NCBI GenBank assembly: GCA_964016885.1
Contig: OZ024743.1
Location: forward strand, 140,988,001-141,052,000
Reading direction: 5' to 3'
DNA from: Eledone cirrhosa
Taxonomy: Eukaryota
DNA: 64,000 bases
The position numbers and the translations under genes were made by a program. Positions 44,801-55,900 of the stretch are shown here, in pieces. The notes beneath the pieces are model-generated. The model was given only the letters and a program-made list of their open reading frames with translations, had not been told where the DNA came from and searched no databases. Every line of letters starts with the position of its first letter. The first letter of the stretch is position 1.

Positions 44801-46458
44801 GGTGTTTGGTGCTTGGTGGTTGGTGCTTGGTGCTTGGTGCTTGGTGTTAGGTATTTGGTGCTTGGTGCTTGGTGTTTGGTGCTTGGTGTTTGGTGTTTGC
44901 TGTTTGGTGTTTGGTGTTTGCTGTTTGGTGTTTGCTGTTTGGTGTTTGGTGTTTGCTGTTTGGTGTTTGGTCTTTGGTGCTTGGTGTTTGGTGCTTGGTG
45001 TTTGGTGTTTGGTGCTTGGTGCTTGGTGTTTGGTGTTTGGTGCTTGGTGCTTGGTGTTTGGTGTTTGGTGTTTGGTGCTTGGTGTCTGGTGCTTGGTGTT
45101 TGGTGTTTGGTGCTTGGTGTTTGGTGTTTGGTGCTTGGTGCTTGGTGTTTGGTGTTTGGTGCTTGGTGTTTGCTGTTTGGTGCTTGTTGCTTGGTGCTTG
45201 ATGTTTGGTGCTTGGTGCATGGTGTTTGGTGCTGGGTGTTTGGTGTTTGGTGCTTGGTGCTTGGTGTTTGGTGCTTGGTGCTGAGTGGTTGGTGTTTGGT
45301 GCTTGGTGTTTGGTGCTGGGTGCTTGGTGTTTGGTGCTGGGTGCTTGGTGTTTGGTGCTTGGTGCTTGGTCTTTGGTGCTTGGTGTTTGGTGCTTGGTGC
45401 TTGGTGCTTGGTGTTTGGTGCTTGGTGCTTGGTGTTTGGTGCTTGGTGCTTGGTGTTTGCTGTTTGCTGTTTGGTGTTTGTTGTTTGGTGTTTGTTGTTT
45501 GGTGTTTGCTGTTTGGTGTTTGGTGTTTGCTTTTTGGTGTTTGGTGTTTGCTGTATGTTGTTTGCTGTTTGGTGTTTGGTGTTTGGTGTTTGGTGCTTGG
45601 TGCTTGGTGTTTGGTGCCTGGTGCTTGGTGCTTGGTGCTTGGTGTTTGGTGTTTGGTGCTTGGTGCTTGGTGCTTGGTGTTTGGTGTTTGGTGCTTGGTG
45701 CTTGGTGTTTTGTGTTTCGTGTTTGGTTTTTGGTGCTTGGTGCTTGGTGCTTGGTCCTTGGTGTTAGGTGCTGGGTGCTTTGTGTTTGGTGCTTGGTGCT
45801 TGGTGTTTGGTGTTTGCTGCTTGGTGCTTGATGCTTGGTGTTTGGTGCTTGGTGCTTGGGGCTTGGTGTTTGTACTTGGTGCTTGGTGCTTGGTGTTTGG
45901 TTCTTGGTTCTTGGTGTTTGGTGTTTGGCATTTGGTGTTTGGTGCTTGGTGCTTGGTGTTTGGTGCTTGGTGCTTGGTGTTTGGTGCCTGGTGCTTGGTG
46001 CTTGGTGCTTGGTGTTTGGTGTTTGGGGCTTGGTGCTTGGAGTTTGGTGTTTGGTGCTTGGTGCTTGGTGCTTGGTGTTTGGTGCTGGGTGCTTTGTGTT
46101 TGGTGATTGGTGCTTGGTGTTTGGTGTTTGCTGCTTGGTGTTTGATGCTTGGTGCTTGGTGTTTTGTGTTTGGTGCTTGGTGCTTGGTGTTTGGTGCTTG
46201 GTGCTTGGTGCTTGGTGTTTGTACTTGGTGCTTGGTGTTTGGTGTTTGGTTCTTGGTTCTTGGTGTTTGGTACTTGGTGCTTGGTGCTTGGTGCTTGGTG
46301 TTAGGTATTTGGTGCTTGGTGCTTCGTGTTTGGTGCTTGGTGTTTGGTGTTTGCTGTTTGGAATTTGGTGTTTGGTGTTTGGTTTTGCTGTCTGGTGTCT
46401 GCTTTTTGGTGTTTAGTGTTTGCTGTATGGTGTTTGCTGTTTCGTGTTTGGTGTTTGC
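38855..46458 (+). repeat. Mosaic of re-shuffled blocks from the 24-38 kb HOR
   Basis: Blocks match upstream sequence at many different offsets (35738/38861 = 3123; 34218/39361 = 5143; 38069/42313 = 4244; 38861/42966 = 4105; 42966/46326 = 3360; 39875/45285 = 5410). Confidence 0.8.
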
Positions 46459-46475
46459 ACCCAACACCAAACACC
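46441..46475. other. Orientation-switch (inversion/fusion) junction of the satellite
   Basis: Sequence TTCGTGTTTGGTGTTTG-C-ACCCAACACCAAACACC. The left-arm homologue (43081) continues ...GTGTTTGCTG and the right-arm homologue (48341) is preceded by ...CACCAAA-CACCCAAC. The single C at 46458 fits both, and no foreign sequence is inserted. Confidence 0.97.
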
Positions 46476-49400
46476 AAACATCAAACACCAATCACGAATC
46501 ACCAAACAGCAAACAGCAAACACCAAACACCAAACACCAAACACCAAGCACCAAGCACCAAACACCAAACACCAAGCACCAAGCACCAAACACCAAATAC
46601 CAAGCACCAAGCACCAAGCACCAAGCACCAAATACCAAGCACCAAGCACCAAGCACCAAACACCAAGCACCAAACACCAAGCACCAGACACGAAGCACCA
46701 AGCACCAAATACCAAGCACCAAAAACCAAGCACCAAGCTCCAAGGACCAAACACCAAGCACCAAACACCAAACACCAAGCACCAAGCACCAAATACCAAG
46801 CACCAAGCACCAAGCACCAAGCACCAAAGACCAAACACCAAACACCAAACAGCAAACAGCAAACTCCAAACACCAAACACCAAACAGCAAACACCAAACA
46901 CCAAACAGCAAACACCAAACAGCAAACAGCAAACACCAAACACCAACCAGCAAACACCAAGCACCAAACACCAATCACCAAGCAACAAGCACCAATCACC
47001 AAGCACCAAGCACTAAACACCAAACACCAAGCACCAAGCACCATGGACCAAACACCAAGCATCAAGCACCAAGCACCAAACGCCAAGCACCAAGCACCAA
47101 ACACCAAGCACCAAGCACCATGCACCAAACACCAAGCACCAAAGACCAAGCACCAAATACCAAGCACCAAGCACCAAACACCAATCACCAAGCACCAAGC
47201 ACCAAACACCAAGAACCCAGCACCAATCACTAAACACCAAACACCAAGCACCAAGCACCAAGTACCAAACTCCAAACACCAAACACCAAGCACCAAGCAC
47301 CAAATCGCAAGCACCAAACACCAAGCACCAAGCACCAAACACCAAACACCAAGCACCAAGCACCATGCACCAATCACCAAACACCAAGCACCAAGCACCA
47401 AACACCAAACACTAAGCACCAAGCACCAAACACCAAACACCAAGCACCTAGCACCAAGCACCAAGCACCAAGCACCAAACACCAAGCACCAAGCACCAAG
47501 CCCCAAACACCAAGCACCAAACACCAAGCACCAGACACGAAGCACCAAGCACCAAATACCAAGCACCAAAAACCAAGCACCAAGCTCCAAGGACCAAACA
47601 CCAAGCACCAAACACCAAACACCAAGCACCAAGCATGAAACACCAAGCACCAAGCGCCAAACACCAAACACCAAGCACCAAGCACCAAATACCAAGCACC
47701 AAGCACCAAGCACCAAGCACCAAACACCAAACACCAAACACCAAATACAAAACAGCAAACAGCAAACGCCAAACACCAAACACCAAACAGCAAACACCAA
47801 ACACCAAACAGCAAACACCAAACAGCAAACACTAAACACCAACCAGCAAACACCAAACACCAAACACCAAACAGCAAACGCCAAACAGCAAACGCCAAAC
47901 ACCAAACGCCAAACAGTAAGCACCAAGCACCAAACACCAAACACCAAGCACCAAGCACCAAACACCAAACACCAAGCACCAAGCACCAAACACCAAACAC
48001 CAAGCACCAAGCACTAAACACCAAACACCAAGCACCAAGCACCAAGCCCCAAACACCAAGCACCAAGCACCAAGCACCAAACACCAAGCACCAAGCACCA
48101 AACACGAACCAGCAAACACCAAACACCAAACACCAAACAGCAAACACAAAACACCAAACACCAAATAGCAAACGCCAAAAAGCAAACGCCAAACCCCAAA
48201 CGCCAAACAGCAAACGCCAAGCACCAAACACCAAACACCAAGCGCCAAGCACCAAACACCAAACACCAAGCACCAAGCACCAAACACCAAACACCAAGCA
48301 CCTAGCACCAAAGAGCAAACACCAAGCCCCAAGCACCAAACACCCAACACCAAACACCAAACATCAAACACCAATCACGAATCACCAAACAGTAAACAGC
48401 AAACACCAAACACCAAACACCAAGCACCAAGCACCAAACACCAAATACCAAGCACCAAGCACCAAGCACCAAGCACCAAACACCAAGCACCAAGCACCAA
48501 GCACCAAACACCAAGCACCAAACACCAAGCACCAGACACGAAGCACCAAGCACCAAATACCAAGCACCAAAAACCAAGCACCAAGCTCCAAGGACCAAAC
48601 ACCAAGCACCAAACACCAAACACCAAGCACCAAGCATGAAACACCAAGCACCAAGCGCCAAACACCAAACACCAAGCACCAAGCACCAAATACCAAGCAC
48701 CAAGCACCAAGCACCAAGCACCAAACACCAAACACCAAACACCAAACAGCAAACAGCAAACTCCAAACACCAAACACCAAACAGCAAACACCAAACACCA
48801 AACAGCAAACACAAAACAGCAAACAGCAAACACCAAACACCAACCAGCAAACACCAAGCACCAAACACCAAGCACCAAGCAACAAGCACCAATCACCAAG
48901 CACCAAGCACTAAACACCAAACACCAAGCACCAAGCACCATGGACCAAACACCAAGCATCAAGCACCAAGCACCAAACGCCAAGCACCAAGCACCAAACA
49001 CCAAGCACCAAGCACCATGCACCAAACACCAAGCACCAAAGACCAAGCACCAAATACCAAGCACCAAGCACCAAACACCAATCACCAAGCACCAAGCACC
49101 AAACACCAAGAACCCAGCACCAATCACTGAACACCAAACACCAAGCACCAAGCACCAAGTACCAAACTCCAAACACCAAACACCAAGCACCAAGCACCAA
49201 ATCGCAAGCACCAAACACCAAGCACCAAGCACCAAACACCAAACACCAAGCACCAAGCACCATGAACCAATCACCAAACACCAAGCACCAAGCACCAAAG
49301 ACCAAACACTAAGCACCAAGCACCAAACACCAAACACCAAGCACCTAGCACCAAGCACCAAGCACCAAACACCAAACACCAAGCACCAAGCACCAAGCCC

Positions 49401-50029
49401 CAAACACCAAGCACCAAACACCAAGCACCAGACACGAAGCACCAAGCACCAAATACCAAGCACCAAAAACCAAGCACCAAGCTCCAAGGACCAAACACCA
49501 AGCACCAAACACCAAACACCAAGCACCAAGCCTGAAACACCAAGCACCAAGCGCCAAACACCAAACACCAAGCACCAAGCACCAAATACCAAGTACCAAG
49601 CACCAAGCACCAAGCACCAAACACCAAACACCAAACACCAAACACCAAACAGCAAACAGCAAACTCCAAACACCAAACACCAAACAGCAAACACCAAACA
49701 CCAAACAGCAAACACCAAACAGCAAACACCAAACACCAACCAGCAAACACCAAACACCAAACACCAAACAGCAAACGCCAAACATCAAACGCCAAACACC
49801 AAACGCCAAACAGCAAACGCCAAACACCAAACGCCAAACAGTAAGCACCAAGCACCAAACACCAAACACCAAGCACCAAGCACCAAACACCAAACACCAA
49901 GCACCAAGCACCAAACACCAAACACCAAGCACCAAGCACTAAACACCAAACACCAAGCACCAAGCACCAAGCCCCAAACACCAAGCACCAAACACCAAGC
50001 ACCAAACACCAAGCACCAAACACCAAGCA

Positions 50030-52760
50030 CCAAACACCAAGCACCAAGCACCAAGCACCAAACACCAAGCACCAAGCACCAAACACCAACCAGCAAACAC
50101 CAAACACCAAACACCAAACAGCAAACACCAAACACCAAACACCAAATAGCAAACGCCAAAAAGCAAACGCCAAACCCCAAACGCCAAACAGCAAGCGCCA
50201 AGCACCAAACACCAAACACCAAGCGCCAAGCACCAAACACCAAACACCAAGCACCAAGCACCAAACACCAAACACCAAGCACCAAGCACCAAAGAGCAAA
50301 CACCAAGCCCCAAGCACCAAACACCCAACACCAAACACCAAACATCAAACACCAATCACGAATCACCAAACAGCAAACAGCAAACACCAAACACCAAACA
50401 CCAAACACCAAGCACCAAGCACCAAACACCAAACACCAAGCACCAAGCACCAAACACCAAATACCAAGCACCAAGCACCAAGCACCAAGCACCAAACACC
50501 AAGCACCAAGCACCAAGCACCAAACACCAAGCACCAAACACCAAGCACCAGACACGAAGCACCAAGCACCAAATACCAAGCACCAAAAACCAAGCACCAA
50601 GCTCCAAGGACCAAACACCAAGCACCAAACACCAAACACCAAGCACCAAGCATGAAACACCAAGCACCAAGCGCCAAACACCAAAAACCAAGCACCAAGC
50701 ACCAAATACCAAGCACCAAGCACCAAGCACCAAGCACCAAACACCAAACACCAAACACCAAACAGCAAACAGCAAACTCCAAACACCAAACACCAAACAG
50801 CAAACACCAAACACCAAACAGCAAACAGCAAACAGCAAACAGCAAACACCAAACACCAACCAGCAAACACCAAGCACCAAACACCAAGCACCAAGCAACA
50901 AGCACCAATCACCAAGCACCAAGCACTAAACACCAAACCCCAAGCACCAAGCACCATGGACCAAACAACAAGCATCAAGCACCAAGCACCAAACGCCAAG
51001 CACCAAGCACCAAACACCAAGCACCAAGCACCATGTACCAAACACCAAGCACCAAAGACCAAGCACCAAATACCAAGCACCAAGCACCAAACACCAATCA
51101 CCAAGCACCAAGCACCAAATACCAAGAACCCAGCACCAATCACTAAACACCAAACACCAAGCACCAAGCACCAAATCCCAAGCACCAAACACCAAGCACC
51201 AAGCACCAAACACCAAACACCAAGCACCAAGCACCATGCACCAATCACCAAACACCAAGCACCAAGCACCAAACACCAAACACCAAGCACCAAGCACCAA
51301 ACACCAAACACCAAGCACCTAGCACCAAGCACCAAGCACCAAGCACCAAACACCAAGCACCAAGCACCAAGCCCCAAACACCAAGCACCAAACACCAAGC
51401 ACCAAGCACCAAGCACCAAACACCAAGCACCAAGCACCAAACACCAACCAGCAAACACCAAACACCAAACACCAAACAGCAAACACCAAACACCAAACAC
51501 CAAATAGCAAACGCCAAAAAGCAAACGCCAAACCCCAAACGCCAAACAGCAAGCGCCAAGCACCAAACACCAAACACCAAGCGCCAAGCACCAAACACCA
51601 AACACCAAGCACCAAGCACCAAACACCAAACACCAAGCACCAAGCACCAAAGAGCAAACACCAAGCCCCAAGCACCAAACACCCAACACCAAACACCAAA
51701 CATCAAACACCAATCACGAATCACCAAACAGCAAACAGCAAACACCAAACACCAAACACCAAACACCAAGCACCAAGCACCAAACACCAAACACCAAGCA
51801 CCAAGCACCAAACACCAAATACCAAGCACCAAGCACCAAGCACCAAGCACCAAACACCAAGCACCAAGCACCAAGCACCAAACACCAAGCACCAAACACC
51901 AAGCACCAGACACGAAGCACCAAGCACCAAATACCAAGCACCAAAAACCAAGCACCAAGCTCCAAGGACCAAACACCAAGCACCAAACACCAAACACCAA
52001 GCACCAAGCATGAAACACCAAGCACCAAGCGCCAAACACCAAAAACCAAGCACCAAGCACCAAATACCAAGCACCAAGCACCAAGCACCAAGCACCAAAC
52101 ACCAAACACCAAACACCAAACAGCAAACGGCAAACTCCAAACACCAAACACCAAACAGCAAACACCAAACACCAAACAGCAAACACCAAACAGCAAACAG
52201 CAAACACCAAACACCAACCAGCAAACACCAAGCACCAAACACCAAGCACCAAGCAACAAGCACCAATCACCAAGCACCAAGCACTAAACACCAAACCCCA
52301 AGCACCAAGCACCATGGACCAAACAACAAGCATCAAGCACCAAGCACCAAACGCCAAGCACCAAGCACCAAACACCAAGCACCAAGCACCATGTACCAAA
52401 CACCAAGCACCAAAGACCAAGCACCAAATACCAAGCACCAAGCACCAAACACCAATCACCAAGCACCAAGCACCAAATACCAAGAACCCAGCACCAATCA
52501 CTAAACACCAAACACCAAGCACCAAGCACCAAATCCCAAGCACCAAACACCAAGCACCAAGCACCAAACACCAAACACCAAGCACCAAGCACCATGCACC
52601 AATCACCAAACACCAAGCACCAAGCACCAAACACCAAACACCAAGCACCAAGCACCAAACACCAAACACCAAGCACCTAGCACCAAGCACCAAGCACCAA
52701 GCACCAAACACCAAGCACCAAGCACCAAGCCCCAAACACCAAGCACCAAACACCAAGCAC
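50030..52760 (-). repeat. Tandem duplication, period 1358 bp (194 monomers)
   Basis: ORF pairs 50356/51714, 50363/51721, 50652/52010 and 50926/52284 are offset by exactly 1358 and share private variants (CCATGTACC, AAATCCC, AAACAACAAGC). Confidence 0.92.
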
Positions 52761-52984
52761 CAGACACGAAGCACCAAGCACCAAATACCAAGCACCAAAA
52801 ACCAAGCACCAAGCTCCAAGGACCAAACACCAAGCACCAAACACCAAACACCAAGCACCAAGCATGAAACACCAAGCACCAAGCGCCAAACACCAAACAC
52901 CAAGCACCAAGCACCAAATACCAAGCACCAAGCACCAAGCACCAAGCACCAAACACCAAACACCAAACACCAAACAGCACACAG

Positions 52985-55900
52985 CAAACTCCAAACACCA
53001 AACACCAAACAGCAAACACCAAACACCAAACAGCAAACACCAAACAGCAAACAGCAAACACCAAACACCAACCAGAAAACACCAAGCACCAAACACCAAG
53101 CACCAAGCAACAAGCACCAATCACCAAGCACCAAGCACTAAACACCAAACACCAAGCACCAAGCACCATGGACCAAACACCAAGCATCAAGCACCAAGCA
53201 CCAAACGCCAAGCACCAAGCACCAAACACCAAGCACCAAGCACCATGCACCAAACACCAAGCACCAAAGACCAAGCACCAAATACCAAGCACCAAGCACC
53301 AAACACCAATCACCAAGCACCAAGCACCAAACACCAAGAACCCAGCACCAGTCACTAAACACCAAACACCAAGCACCAAGCACCAAGTACCAAACTCCAA
53401 ACACCAAACACCAAGCACCAAGCACCAAATCGCAAGCACCAAACACCAAGCACCAAGCACCAAACACCAAACACCAAGCACCAAGCACCATGCACCAATC
53501 ACCAAACACCAAGCACCAAGCACCAAAGACCAAACACTAAGCACCAAGCACCAAACACCAAACACCAAGCACCTAGCACCAAGCACCAAGCACCAAGCAC
53601 CAAACACCAAGCACCAAGCACCAAGCCCCAAACACCAAGCACCAAACACCAAGCACCAGACACGAAGCACCAAGCACCAAATACCAAGCACCAAAAACCA
53701 AGCACCAAGCTCCAAGGACCAAACACCAAGCACCAAACACCAAACACCAAGCACCAAGCATGAAACACCAAGCACCAAGCGCCAAACACCAAACACCAAG
53801 CACCAAGCACCAAATACCAAGCACCAAGCACCAAGCACCAAGCACCAAACACCAAACACCAAACACCAAACACAAAACAGCAAACAGCAAACTCCAAACA
53901 CCAAACACCAAACAGCAAACACCAAAAACCAAACAGCAAACACCAAACAGCAAACACTAAACACCAACCAGCAAACACCAAACACCAAACACCAAACAGC
54001 AAACGCCAAACAGCAAACGCCAAACACCAAACGCCAAACAGTAAGCACCAAGCACCAAACACCAAACACCAAGCACCAAGCACCAAACACCAAACACCAA
54101 GCACCAAGCACCAAACACCAAACACCAAGCACCAAGCACTAAACACCAAACACCAAGCACCAAGCACCAAGCCCCAAACACCAAGCACCAAGCACCAAGC
54201 ACCAAACACCAAGCACCAAGCACCAAACACGAACCAGCAAACACCAAACACCAAACACCAAACAGCAAACACAAAACACCAAACGCCAAAAAGCAAACGC
54301 CAAACCCCAAACGCCAAACAGCAAACGCCAGGCACCAAACACCAAACACCAAGCGCCAAGCACCAAACACCAAACACCAAGCACCAAGCACCAAACACCA
54401 AACACCAAGCACCTAGCACCAAAGAGCAAACACCAAGCCCCAAGCACCAAACACCCAACACCAAACACCAAACATCAAACACCAAACACGAATCACCAAA
54501 CAGCAAACAGCAAACACCAAACACCAAACACCAAACACCAAGGACCAAGCACCAAACACCAAACACCAAGCACCAAGCACCAAACACCAAATACCAAGCA
54601 CCAAGCACCAAGCACCAAGCACCAAACACCAAGCACCAAGCACCAAGCACCAAACACCAAGCACCAAACACCAAGCACCAGACACGAAGCACCAAGCACC
54701 AAATACCAAGCACCAAAAACCAAGCACCAAGCTCCAAGGACCAAACACCAAGCACCAAACACCAAACACCAAGCACCAAGCATGAAACACCAAGCACCAA
54801 GCGCCAAACACCAAACACCAAGCACCAAGCACAAAATACCAAGCACCAAGCACCAAGCACCAAGCACCAAACACCAAACACCAAACACCAAACAGCAAAC
54901 AGCAAACTCCAAACACCAAACACCAAACAGCAAACACCAAACACCAAACAGCAAACACAAAACAGCAAACAGCAAACACCAAACACCAACCAGCAAACAC
55001 CAAGCACCAAACACCAAGCACCAAGCAACAAGCACCAATCACCAAGCACCAAGCACTAAAGACCAAACACCAAGCACCAAGCACCATGGACCAAACACCA
55101 AGCATCAAGCACCAAGCACCAAACGCCAAGCACCAAGCACCAAACACCAAGCACCAAGCACCATGCACCAAACACCAAGCAGCAAAGACCAAGCACCAAA
55201 TACCAAGCACCAAGCACCAAACACCAATCACCAAGCACCAAGCACCAAACACCAAGAACCCAGCACCAATCACTAAACACCAAACACCAAGCACCAAGCA
55301 CCAAGTACCAAACTCCAAACACCAAACACCAAGCACCAAGCACCAAATCGCAAGCACCAAACACCAAGCACCAAGCACCAAACACCAAACACCAAGCACC
55401 AAGCACCATGCACCAATCACCAAACACCAAGCACCAAGCACCAAAGACCAAACACTAAGCACCAAGCACCAAACACCAAACACCAAGCACCTAGCACCAA
55501 GCACCAAGCACCAAGCACCAAACACCAAGCACCAAGCACCAAGCCCCAAACACCAAGCACCAAACACCAAGCACCAGACACGAAGCACCAAGCACCAAAT
55601 ACCAAGCACCAAAAACCAAGCACCAAGCTCCAAGGACCAAACACCAAGCACCAAACACCAAACACCAAGCACCAAGCCTGAAACACCAAGCACCAAGCGC
55701 CAAACACCAAACACCAAGCACCAAGCACCAAATACCATGCACCAAGCACCAAGCACCAAGCACCAAACACCAAACACCAAACACCAAACACCAAACAGCA
55801 GACAGCAAACTCCAAACACCAAACACCAAACAGCAAACACCAAACACCAAACAGCAAACACCAAACAGCAAACACCAAACACCAACCAGCAAACACCAAA

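Larger units (their letters stand above)
1..46458 (+). repeat. Heptamer satellite array, left arm, (TTGGTGC/TTGGTGT)n; runs off the left window edge
   Basis: Continuous 7-bp tandem monomers TTGGTGC and TTGGTGT with scattered variants (TTGCTGT, TTGTTGT, TTGATGC, TAGGTGT, TTGGTAC, TTGGTTC, TGGGTGC, 6-bp TTGTAC). All three + frames translate to a 7-aa period WCLV[LF]G[AV], as expected for a 7-bp repeat. Confidence 0.99.

Noticed and set aside
1455-46305. Scattered TTAGG motifs as arthropod telomeric repeats
   Set aside because: They arise from a single T->A variant (TTGGTGT-TAGGTGT), stay in 7-bp phase and never form (TTAGG)n runs.
11-46416. Hundreds of + strand ORFs encoding WCLVLGA/WCLVFGV heptads (apparent Cys/Trp-rich membrane proteins)
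   Set aside because: All three frames give the same peptide because 7 is not divisible by 3 and the strand lacks A, so stops arise only from rare variants. There is no preferred frame, no unique domain, and most starts are TTG/GTG.
46441-46475. Fold-back (palindromic read) artefact or terminal inverted repeats of a transposon
   Set aside because: The arms differ in variants and HOR structure right up to the junction, and there is no internal element or target-site duplication. A contig mis-join still needs read-level exclusion.
44255-47233. 992-aa ORF with hydrophobic N-part and polar C-part
   Set aside because: It simply reads through the inversion junction. Equivalent chimeric ORFs occur in other frames and on the other strand (46326..48017, 44704..46491).
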